Assembly: GCA_965649765.1 (NCBI GenBank)
Contig: OZ287754.1
Location: forward strand, 18,600,001-18,664,000
DNA length: 64,000 nt
Direction of reading: 5' to 3'
Source of the DNA: Bispira polyomma
Taxonomy: Eukaryota
A program made the position numbers and the translations under genes. Below are positions 10,321-21,975 of the stretch, in pieces. The notes beneath the pieces are model-generated. The model saw nothing but the letters and a program-made list of their open reading frames with translations. It made no database searches and had not been told where the DNA came from. Position 1 is the stretch's first letter. Each line of letters opens with the position of its first letter.

Positions 10321-13300
10321 ATACGTGTTGCATATACATACAACAGAGTACTATCTAGATACTTAAAGTGATAGAAGTAATAAATGAATGGTCGACCAAG
10401 ACACCTCCTTTAACTGCCCTCGAAGCTGCAAAGGGTCTGATGTCAAGGGTCTTAAGTTGTAAGACATTTAGAGAATGGTGATCCATTTGCTCCCACCCCG
10501 TTCTGAGTCCTTCTATTAGATGTGTTTGTGAAATTTCTTTTGCAACAAATATAGTACTCAAAAATAATTTACGTAATATCACAGGCAAATAACTGTTTCT
10601 ATAAATACAAACCAACTGATGCAGGCATTTACAAATGTGAAGCTTCGCCCATTTCTACATTTTAACTGAAACCCCATGTATCGCCTATAGTTTTGAGCCA
10701 AAGAAGTTGGTGCAAAAAATAGTAAATTTAATATAGCATCTAACCATTTTGAAGCTACTGGAACACAATAAACAGGCACAAAACTATATATCCACGTTAT
10801 AAAACTAGTTAGTTAATGAGTACTAACATAATAATTCAGGTATTTTGATCTTAAAATCTGAAACAGACGTTTTGGTTAGCCATTGTTGAAATTGTATTTT
10901 AACCGGTGAAAAAAAATACGATACACCAAAAGATGTTTTACAGATTCGAAAATATAGTTTAGGCTAACTTTTTAAATCTAATTCGTTTTTCTATTTTTTA
11001 AGTTTTTATTTTAATTATGATTTCTATGTGTTTGTTCTTTTTCATTATTTTGATGTCTAGCTATATATATCTATTTTTAGCAGGATTTTCTTGCAATGGA
11101 GTCTCCATATTATATAGTGAAACAACAAAGCCACATTGAAATAAATTATATTTTCTGTGGATTTTAACTTGATTAGATATTTTGATTTGAAATCTATATT
11201 TTTGATCAATTTTGCACAGCTGGTTTTTTACAAATGCAGTTGTGATGTTGATCTAGGTCCTCAAAAATCTTACATTCACAACATTGGCATGTTTATCATG
11301 GGAAACAGACTACAGTCACATAATCACAGCAGTAAGAAAATATATATATTTATATGTGTGTTCCTACTGGATATTATAATGGCTGTAGCTTGAGAACCAT
11401 AGATGGTTCCCCAAATTTTTGGTCTCCCAGCCGGTCAGTTCTATTAATAGCTTATAGGATTTTCTTGCAATGGAGTCTCAGTAGTACATTTGAGCATAGA
11501 AATTCCTGAGCATTACTAACAGTACTTAGTTTTGTATTTCTAACTTGGGGCAAAGCCCCGAAACCCCTTTTGAAAATTTGTTTTTAAGATAAAAATTGTT
11601 TTCTTTCAATAGTACATTGTATAACTATTACTTAATTATTGAGTTTGTTTGTCCTAAAGATTATATAATACTGTACATAAACCTCCCATATTTGTACCTG
11701 TATAGATCTGCGTAGAAATGAAGTTTAAGTATTTTTAAATCAGTAAAAGCATCCACTAAATTTTAAACTAAGATTACAGGTTTTAGGAATAAGCTTGAAA
11801 CCTTTTCTCCTACTGGATTGTTCTTTTGCATACTGATTGGGATGTGCACCACAGAGGATTTCTGGTCATCGATTGTGGCGCTATATAGATGTAAAAACAT
11901 TAACAATATCATTGTCACAAAGTGCCAGTTCCGTCAGGCTCCTATAAATTATAGGCTAAAAGTTCATCTTTAAATGAATATAACTGTTGTGACATAGTGT
12001 AATCTGTGCATGTGAATCCTGTGTTTTCGTCATGTGCAAAATTTTGTCAAGTAATTTCCGTAGGCTGGTGGTTTACAGTGGTATCAGCAGTAGTTTCTTC
12101 AACCATATAATCTGACCAGAAGTGGTTTCTTCCACTATACAATCTGACCTAATCCATAGCATAAATTACCACACTAGATGGTTGCAGATTACAAATATTT
12201 AAATGTCTGATTCATAATAAAGTGACTAGCGGATTGTGTTTAAGAATATAAAAAATGTGAAGCAGAAACAGATTCATACCCAAAAATGTATGAGAAAATA
12301 TCATATCTGTAAATAAAACACAGCATCAGAGAGATACCACATTCTTTAGGCATTTCCTAACAAAAGGAGAATGGCCTCGTGGCCATATCATGATGATGCC
12401 CCAAGTTACTGACCAGTCCGAAAAAGGTGAACCACTCAGTTAGCGGTTGAAATTGACAAGGACACAGTCGCTACGTGGTTGGTTTACAGTGGGCGATAAT
12501 AAAAAATATTAGAAAGATCAGAGAATGTTGTTTACGTTTTCGTCCTCATTTAAATTTTTTTTAAATCCAAAAATAGGAGACTTGCTAGCAGAACTAGTTA
12601 ACAGGAAGCGTACGCTAACAGGACATTTGACGATTGACGATAAAAAATTCTATCGACCAACTTTCAGGACCAATTCCGTGGTAGCAGTATACTGTAAGTA
12701 AATCTCACCCTAACCAGAAACTTTTGCAAACTGTCGAGTCCAGACAATCCATCCATTTTCCCGTTTTATTTTTTATATATTTTGGGGTTAATCATACTGT
12801 AGTTTCTAACAGATCTCTGCTTATTGACCAAGTGATGGATCGTTCGGTATACGCAGAAAAAACAGTATAAATAATTTCCAAAGACTGCACATGCGCCTAC
12901 AATATCCCAAAATTTGCGAGTCCACCAATATCGTTGTGTTACATAATATCGACGGTCGTCTATTTCCGACGGTCGCGTAAGAATACATTGTAGTTCTAAC
13001 CATGTGCTTTATTTGTAAATAAAAATAATATGATGGAAAATACCAGCCTCGATTTCAATGTTGGGATAGTCATTTTGTATTTTGAATGCTTTAATATAAT
13101 GAATTTTTAATAAATAAAAAAAAATGATTAAAATTTATGTCTTTTACTCTGTTGTAGTATAATGTAATTTCGCCATATTGCCGACAGTTGTTTTCCTGTG
13201 ATAGGTTTAAAATCTACACAAGCAATTTCATTTGCATTAAAAAATATATTATTACGTACTGTTTTATTATAATAAAATGGTCTATTATATGGGAAATTCA

Positions 13301-14295
13301 ATGAATTTTCCATTAATGTCCTCATATTTTAAAAGTAGTCATTGACACGTTTGTTTAATGAATTTATCAATGACCGTCGATAACCAGTAACTGTTTTGAT
13401 ATTCACAAAGGAATTGCAGTATTTAAAAAAATGAGTTTAATGTAGGTTTATAAATAGAAATAATCCGTGATTTATACTTTAAAACAAGAACAGAGCCGCC
13501 CATGGGCCGCTGACTAGTTTGCTATGCCCATGCGTGAGGCCCAATTTGTGGGCTGCATAACTGAGTGTGATATTTTATCATGAAACAGTGATGTTACGGT
13601 CACTACTGCAGTTACAAACCAAGTTTTCTGTCCTTAACAATGCTTAGATTTACTGACAGTACGCATGGTGAGGGACAGAATTTTTTATTGTGGCAAATCA
13701 TTGTAAATCTGACACAGCAGTTTATTATGTTTTTTTTCAAAGAGGAAATATAAGGCAATATTTTTTAATAATGATATTTATGTAAATAAAAATCTTTGTA
13801 GGTTGACCATAAGTTATAACATTGTGTATGGCTATTGGATGAATAAACATACAACCACAGACTAAATGGAAAGATCATGATAGTTTTTCTGATATAGATA
13901 TTCACATAGATACAACAATTTGGTTACAGGTCCAGTAAACCGCCACTGACACTATATAATATATTACAAATAAACAAATAAAACTTCCACAACCTACCAC
14001 ATTGCACAAGTCCAAATTTATAGTAATTAAATAAATATAACAAAAATTTTGACTGTATAACCTCCAATAAGTTTGATTTTACTATCTTATGTAATATTGT
14101 ACATAGTTTTGTATATAGTTATGTATATGAGAAGTAAGGTGTTTGACTTTGCTTTTCTATACTACACTGGTTGTCAAAATTATGTGCTGTTATAATTGTG
14201 TCATTTTTAAGGCCAGTTTTTATGGTTAGGCTGAGAAAATGTCTGTGGTTTTTTTAAACTTACACCAATAAAATGATTGCTTTAAGCTCAAAACC

Positions 14296-14301
<6 letters not shown>

Positions 14302-14342
<41 letters not shown>
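14302..14342. repeat. (TA)n microsatellite
   Basis: Direct reading. Confidence 0.95.
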
Positions 14343-14349
<7 letters not shown>

Positions 14350-14862
14350 GAAATTAATAAAAAATAATCAAAACAGTAAACAAAATTAAATCAATTATAA
14401 TCAGGCCAAATATTGTGATCAGCAGTATATATGTATGCGAACTGCCAAGTGAAACCCCAATCACACACACTCTTTGATCTGTAGGTTGTAATGTCATTCC
14501 TTGTTGTACCTGCACACACACACAAAACACCAGGTGTGCCATCCATGCTGTTTAGTGTGGGAAAAATTCTAATGTTGAGATATAGGGGAGTTTTGCAATT
14601 TTAGTAGAAATTAAAATTTGTGTTGTATATTTGATGCACTGAAGCTTTTTTCTGAGTAAACTAATTATTTAGAATGTATTGTTTATGATGTCTAATTTTT
14701 AGTTTGCTTTGGAAGGGTAAAAGTGCATACTTAATTACATATATTATGGATAGTTTATTCTTTTAGATATAACTGCGATTGTAGGATATCATTACTGAAC
14801 AAAGCTAAAGGCTGTAGGTATATTTTCTCAGACTCTATGATCTACAGGCAGGTAATTATCTA

Positions 14863-14969
14863 GGCCCGTATTCACCAAACGACTTAGCCAGGTCTTTGGC
14901 TTAAATCTAGCACAAAAGTATGCTGATTTAAGCCTAAGGCCTGGCTAAGTCCCTTCGTGAATACGGCCC
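14863..14969. mobile_element. Palindromic Harbinger-like MITE
   Basis: ~45-bp arms ggcccgtattcacc..gacttagccagg / cctggctaagtc..gtgaatacggcc. Confidence 0.75.
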
Positions 14970-15665
14970 CAGGCTTTTCTGACAGTAACACTACGATTGT
15001 TAGAAGGTTCTAGCAACTTCTTTGTGAGAATAAATTGGGAAAGTGTATTGATCGCGTCACTGCGCATGCGTGGAAGATCACGTGACCTTACTACGTTTTT
15101 CTACTCCCATTCACAAAAACTATCCATCAATGAACCAGCTGATGAGATCGTTCCAGAAACCGAGAAACCGGAAATGGGTGGTAATAGACCCTTCAATCAT
15201 AGCTCAGGATCTCCAAAAAGAAAATGGCTGTTTCTCACTTATTTCTACCTATATTGACACTAAATTAAAAATGGACCGTCACTAAAACAGACTACATATG
15301 TATGCCAAATATTAAAGCTGAAATCCTTGTAAGTTCAGACATTACCCTGTCGACAGAAAATCACCATGGTTACATACGTTTTCCCCTCTTTCCAAAGGAA
15401 AGCACGATTATGCCAATAAGCATTGGCATAATCATGCAAAAAGGTGTAAACCCAAGGTCTAAACTTTCAGCAAGAAACACAGAAGTACGTGCATTTGGAA
15501 AAAAAGGTTGACACTATGTTTTTCATATCAATTATCATATCATTTAATATGTCCACTGTGTTCTGATATACATTACATTTACAACTTGACCAAAATTTGG
15601 CAGAGTGAATAATACCAAATATGAAGAAATCAAATTCCAAACAAAATTTAACAGGCTAGTAAGTT

Positions 15666-15706
15666 TTACAGATTATAATACAAATAATTTGTATTATAAT
15701 CTGTAA
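15666..15706. repeat. Perfect 41-bp palindrome
   Basis: ttacagattataatacaaat-a-atttgtattataatctgtaa. Confidence 0.95.
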
Positions 15707-16679
15707 GTTTTTAGTTATTTACTCGTATCAGAGAGATAAACACATTTTAGGTATAGGCAGCTGCAGTGGCTTAGCTGGACACTTTAAAAGGTCTTCTGTC
15801 ATTTGGTCATTTCCTTTCATTCAAATCCATAGTAGCAGGCTAAAAACGTAGCCATATTGATTTATATCATCTTAAACCCTCCTTTCAGATACAAGATAAA
15901 CAGTCAAGAAAAGTGTAATTCACAATTTGAATGTCCAACAAAAGAAGATACTGTTCGCACTATATATCTGTCTTCCGACAAAAATTTATCTTCAAATTCC
16001 ATATTAATTTATGGTTAAATGGGTGTATTTGATTATTTTATTTAGCATTTGATTTTTACCTCGGTCAGGCTCTGTTTACATCACTCATCACAATATCATA
16101 GAATGATATAATACATCAATCATTACAATAAAATTACAATATTATATTAATATTTCATTACAATGTGGTAGACTGATATTGACAATTTGTTTACTGTAGA
16201 AATTGTGAGAAATGAGTTGTCTCTATAGAAAATTTAAGAAATGTTTTTGACATCAATTTTGTAACATGTGTTTGGAGAGCTAACATAAAAATAGGTTTAA
16301 CAAATAAAAGATATACATGAATATAGTTTTCTTCAATGACTGTTTTATTTTTTTTTACCTAAATTTATTTTTATGTGTGATAAATAAAGTAAAATAGAAC
16401 AAAGAAAAAAAGATTATTATATGCAACTTTCTGTTAAATTACCGGCACTAATTTAATGTATCCAAAATTGCCAGCAAATGATCAAATGTGAAATGTGGTG
16501 GCGTTGCTTACAGTGAAAACAAACGTAGAATATTTCACTAACACCTGTAATAGGAGGGAAAAAAACCCTCTGAGGTCTGAATTTCAGAACTAGTAGTACC
16601 CTATGGATTTTTTGTTGATCACTTTTTGCCGTTTGGACAAGCTCTGTATTGAAGAACACTAAAGATCTGAGCTTGGTTT

Positions 16680-17005
16680 TTATATGGTCCGGTACTAAAT
16701 GATGAAAGTTGTTCAGCACTGCACCATGCCTCAGAGGACTCTAGTTAGCAATCATGGTAAAGACAATCATTGTTATATCTCCCTGTTGTAACTTGTGTTG
16801 TTCCCCTGCACTGTGAATGGTTAGGTTATCCTCGAGACTTTTCCACACGTCGGAAAAGCCAATGCTAGCGAGTTTTATTGAGGGAATAAGTTTAGTACTC
16901 TCTGCTTTGATAATGGCTGGATCGCAGAACATCAATCTTGTGCTGCTACTTTTGCAACTTCCTGCAGCTTCTGTATGTCAAACTACCGGCACCATATCAA
17001 TATAG
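16680..17005 (+). pseudogene. Relict coding exon of an unknown protein (homologue ~34840-35168)
   Basis: Two-copy consensus MMKVVQHCTMPQRTLVSNHGKDNHC..NGKVILETFP..GNKFSTLCFDNGWIAEH..SC..CMSNY ends at a phase-1 GT; most stops differ between copies; several synonymous differences. Confidence 0.45.
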
Positions 17006-17667
17006 GTCAGTAATTAATCTGCATCTTCTCTGGATTCTCTGTGCACCAATGTACCATCCCTCTAACACATTTAATGCAAAATAGTACAGTAGTTTTTTAT
17101 GACAAGTCCACCAACCAAGGGATATGGTTGAGAACATATCCTCTGTTTTGGGGATGTAAAAACGAGCAAACCAACAGACATGGGTGAAAACATAACTTGC
17201 TTAGCAAAGGTACTTATAATTTAGAAGTTTTTCTCACTGAACAATATCACACACATAGTATGTCTTAGTTTGGATAACGTATAGTTTTTTTTACTGTAAC
17301 CTAATGCCACTTTTCATTGGAGTTTAAGATAATCAGGCAGCTTAGCGATTTTTAGGGGAACGACCGGACAAAACCACCATTTTTGTTTTATTGTTTCATT
17401 AGACCATAAGCAATGGATTTGGGGTGGGAGGAATTTGATCTGATCCGTTTTTCAGTTTTTATTGCCAAAAAACGAAAAATCGCATTTTTACACTAAAATG
17501 AGTCATTCACAGTGACGACGAGAACCATCTTTACTTAGATAACTTTCAAAATAACACAGAAGTTCATAGAAGGCTTTACTAGATAGTAAATTAGTAGACA
17601 AATATGTTTCAGATTGATTTGCCTATTATTGACAACTTGTATTAATTTTAATGATTACCTACTATTA

Positions 17668-17874
17668 CACTGGCGTTCATAATACCAGTCAGGTCACACT
17701 ACCGGTCATTGCATTTTTAAATACTTTACCAACAGAAATTAAAACTAAGAAAAATATGCTACTTCATGTCTATGAATTAAAGTACAGAATACTTTTTTAA
17801 AATAAATCTATGTTTCAAGCATTCAAATGTGCTTTGAACGGTATTGTGACCAACCGGTATTGTGACCGCCTGTG
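17668..17874. mobile_element. Tc1/mariner-like MITE nested in the Academ left TIR
   Basis: Imperfect TIR cac(t/a)ggcg(t/g)tca(t/c)aatacc; TA on both sides; removal restores the TIR match. Confidence 0.75.
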
Positions 17875-18099
17875 TACTAGTAGTAGATAATTTGGTCCAG
17901 GGTGTATTCATGAAAGGTCTTAATTTTTATAAAAAAATGGCTTAGTGGTACTAATTCACAAAAAACTGGTTTAGCGGTACTAATTCACTACCTTAAGCCA
18001 GTCTCAGACTTAGCGAAGGATTTAACTTTAAGACAGCTAGGTACGTGTTTTAAGTTGTGCTTTAAAATAGCAGATTTATTCACAAACAGTTCACCTTAT

Positions 18100-20215
18100 C
18101 ACTAAAACAAAGTTCACTTCAAGCAGAAGATCTTGGCACTTTTTCCAGAAGTACAGGGGGAAAATGATGGGAAAAATGTCATTATCATCTTTCCAAATGA
18201 CATGCAGCAAATGTTGAAACAAGCTTTTAATTTAACTATGAAAATGATGTTGCTGTTCTTGCAAAAGCTGCAAACATAGTGAGACATTATATATTCACAT
18301 TGGATCGGCAACCATTTGATGGTTCTTTCCTTGCTGAATGTCAGAAATCACTACCTACTAATCTGAAATTGCTTGACTCAATGCTTTTTAATTGGGCAAA
18401 TTTCAAAGGCCAAGAGCCGTTAGGTTCACAAAAGGGTCTTACCATCTCTGAGTCTATTATTTTCAACTGCAAGCAGCGTAAAACAAGCATGTGTACATCT
18501 CGTCACTCCACACCACCATTGCTGCTCGATGTTCGATTGACACAGCTTCACCTCTCTTCAATGAGAAGGCTGCAATAGCAGCTAGGATAAAACATGGAAT
18601 GGATATCCGTCGACAAGCTACAGAATTCCTCAACCCTGGACAGATACCAGTTATTGCAGTGGATGCTCCACTTTACGACCTGGCAAAGCATATCCAGTGA
18701 AACTGGAGTCAGACACATGGAGAAGAAAACTATGTCATAATGTTAGGTGGTCTCCATACTGAGATGGCACTGTGTCATACTTACAGGGACTACCTCTGAA
18801 AAGGACAAGACATGCTCATCAATTGACTGCTTTAGCTCTAGCCAAACTTCAACAGGATGCTTATGATACCACAGATGAGCCACACTCAGTGGAGGGTAAA
18901 GAGGCCTGGAAAAGAAACATGATTGACAAATCCTACTCTTTTCAGTATTGGGATACCATCTTCAACATGAAGTTGTTGCGACTCATTTTCGTCAGGGTGC
19001 ATAGAGATCAAAACTTTGCTTTGTATGTGGAGTGTCTGAAGGCATTGGCTCCTTGGTTCTTTGCTTTTAATCACCAAATTTGGCTCAGTGGATTCTTGCA
19101 TATATTAGAGACACGAAGAGCCTGCCGGAGTTTGAGGAGCAGTACCTTTCCAGAGAAAATGACAGCCAGATGCCATCATAAAGAAGGTATGTCAAAATCT
19201 CATCAATACCTTCAATGAGATGGAAAATTCTTTAATGGATGACATAACAGAACTCTTGAAGTTGGATACACAGGATGTCATGGATGAGTCTGTAGTCACC
19301 ACTGTACGGACAGTGGAAAAGATTGACTTGGACCAGTACAACCACTACTGCAAATCAGTGTTGATTGATCGCACAAAATCAATTCATGAGCCAATCAAAA
19401 AGAACTCATCTCCACTGTTCAAACTGTCCACACAAAAGGTAAAGAGCAAACAATCAGATTATACGTCAATGCTCAGAACTGATGTAGCCCTCTTCTCGCA
19501 GATCTATATTGTAATGCAACACCAGGATGGTGGACCGGATCAGCGCATTAGAGGATTTTTATCAATTTTGCGCTATATAAATGCTTCTATTATTATTATT
19601 ATCTATTATTATCATAGTGATTTAGATGCATTCTTTTAACATGAAAATCATCCATATGCCCCATCGTTATCAGATGGTGGAAAGTTTCACCAGGGCAAGA
19701 AAGCTAATTTACTGGCATGACTTGAAATTGACACACAAACTGAGCCACTCCTTTCCGTTGATGCCAGAATCATGGATGGAGCTGCTGGTTTACAGTTACT
19801 GCCCACAGTCAATGTTACAACATTTAGTGAATATGCGAAGGATCTATTCCTGTTGTACATCCTGAAGAAATTGGAGACATGCACTAGAGTTGACATCATT
19901 GGGGATGCTTATTTTCTATACAGCATCATAGCACTCCTTGCCTTTCACAGCTTCTCTGGATGTGATACAGTGTCTGCTGGTGTGGAAAAAAGGGAAGAGA
20001 ATGGGATTGCATGTATGGAGCTCCTACCCAGAAGTTACTGAAGCCTTTTATCAAATGGTAACAAAAGCGTTTCATAAAAAGGATGTTGACGATGCTTGCT
20101 TCAAGCTTTTAGAACGGTATACAGTCATCTTCCATGACAAAACATTAAAGCAGGAATTAATCAATGAGGCAAGGAAGAACCTGTTTTGCTAAATGAGCAA
20201 GACAATGGAAAACCA
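18100..20215 (+). pseudogene. Academ transposase with XPG-like nuclease region, fragmented
   Basis: HGM..LNPGQIPVIAVDAPLYDLAKHIQ..GEENYVIMLGGLHTEMAL; RTRHAHQ; PWFFA; LAFHSFSGCDTVSA. Confidence 0.85.
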
Positions 20216-21975
20216 TTTTCTAGTTTGCTAGGTTTAGTAGGGTTTTTGTTTTGGATATAAGCTCTTAACAGTCTACATATGAGTTAAATATTGTAACAAT
20301 TTGATACACCGATTCTGTTTCAATAGCCTTGCATGGCCTCACACACCTTAAATCACAGTTTTGCATGTGAATACAAAGGATTTCATATATGAAACTGAAA
20401 AGTTTTTCAGCTGACACTTACAACATATAGATTTTGTGTTGTAACTTTTAAAATAGTTTTAGAACATATCATTGGAAAAAAATGTTTAGCCCATCGGCTA
20501 CTGGTGATAGTTGGTAATCATTAAAATAAATGCAAGTAGTCAATAATAGGCAAATCAATCTGAAACATAATTATCTACTAATGTCTGATCTAACAATGCC
20601 TCCTATAAACTAGTAATAACTGTGATATTTTGGAAGTTATCTAAGTAAAGATGACTTTCGACGTCACTGTGAATGACTCGTTTTAGTATAAAAAATGTGA
20701 TTTTTCGTTTTTTTTGGCAATAAAAACTGAAAAACGGATCAGATCAAATGCCTCCCACCCCAAATCCATTGCTTATGGTCTAATGAAACAATAAAACAAA
20801 AATAGTGGTTTTGTCCGGTCGTTCCCCTTCTTTCAAAATTTTTATGCTAAGCTGCCTGACTAAGTAAGATGTGTACTGCTTTAAACACTAATCTAACTGT
20901 ATTTATGAATTAATACATCCAAGCACAATGTATCTGGAATTTAAAAGGTACTATTTGGACAAATTCAATAATTAAACATATACCTTGTGCATGTGGTATT
21001 GAAGACAGAAGATTCATTGAGGGGAATAACTTTAAATTAAATAAATGTCAGCCAGTTTAAGAACCAGAAGAAGGCTGTTCTAAACTATATTATTAGATCA
21101 GCGGCAGCAGTGAAACTATATATGATCACCATTATAACTGTTTAAGTGTCAATGCTTTCTAGAAACATATGTTATTGTTTTGATTGTAGAGGCTCTGTAG
21201 GAATTTTAGCTTTAGCTAAGCTATAGTTTACGTGAAGATATTGAGGTGCAGTGGTATTATTATACAGGCAGTTGTAATAATGTACCATTAGTTTAATAAT
21301 TCAGCACAAGTTTGTTAAATAACATTTGTCGAAAAGAATCTATAATTCTGATATACACGTGTGCAGTTTTTGAGAAATAAAAGGTTTCAAAGTCATCACA
21401 ATAAATAAGTGACCACATCATATGCTGTTGAGTTTCAGAAGAAAACTGAGGCATTTAAAAGCTTTAAAGCCAGTGGTTGTGTTTTTTCTTTACATTTTAA
21501 AGCTCAATTGTCAAACAAATATTCTTAATATACATGTGTATAGTATTTAAGAAATAAAATATTGCATCAGTATCACAATTAAAAAGTGATTTCATTAGCT
21601 GCTGTTACGTTTCGGAAAAAAAGTGACTCATTTAGAAGGCTTTAAAGGCCAAAAATAGTTGTCTTTTGTTTACATTACAAAAGCTCATTCACATACCTGT
21701 CATTCTAAATTAAATCTTTTATTTATTCGTTCTAGTTTAACACTTTAAATTTGTATTATGCTAAAGCGCAAGCCTACCTAACACAACACAGACAAGAAAA
21801 AAGTGTAACAATTTTTTACTTTTAATGGAAGTTCTAGAACAGGATTAAACAGCCACATATTCCATTTGATGTTTTCTGGGAAAACATTTTAGCAAATACA
21901 TGTACAGTTACATTGTTTTAGTGTATATGAACACAACTGCAATAGTCTCTTAGACTAGAACCTAATACTAACAGA

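Larger units (their letters stand above)
17330..20862 (+). mobile_element. Academ (AcademX-like) DNA transposon, decayed
   Basis: Long TIRs TA(A/G)TCAGGCAGCTTAGC..GGGGAACGACCGGACAAAACCAC, ~350 bp; 3-bp TSD aga/agt; empty site ggagtttaagttaaatgtactg near 35565. Confidence 0.88.

Noticed and set aside
10355-14542. Short ORFs in the AT-rich interval
   Set aside because: No recognisable motifs or paralogue conservation; consistent with chance ORFs and repeat debris.
16741-16935. Minus-strand ORF shared with 34796-35095
   Set aside because: The plus-strand frame explains the synonymous changes and the GT donor better; probably an antisense shadow.
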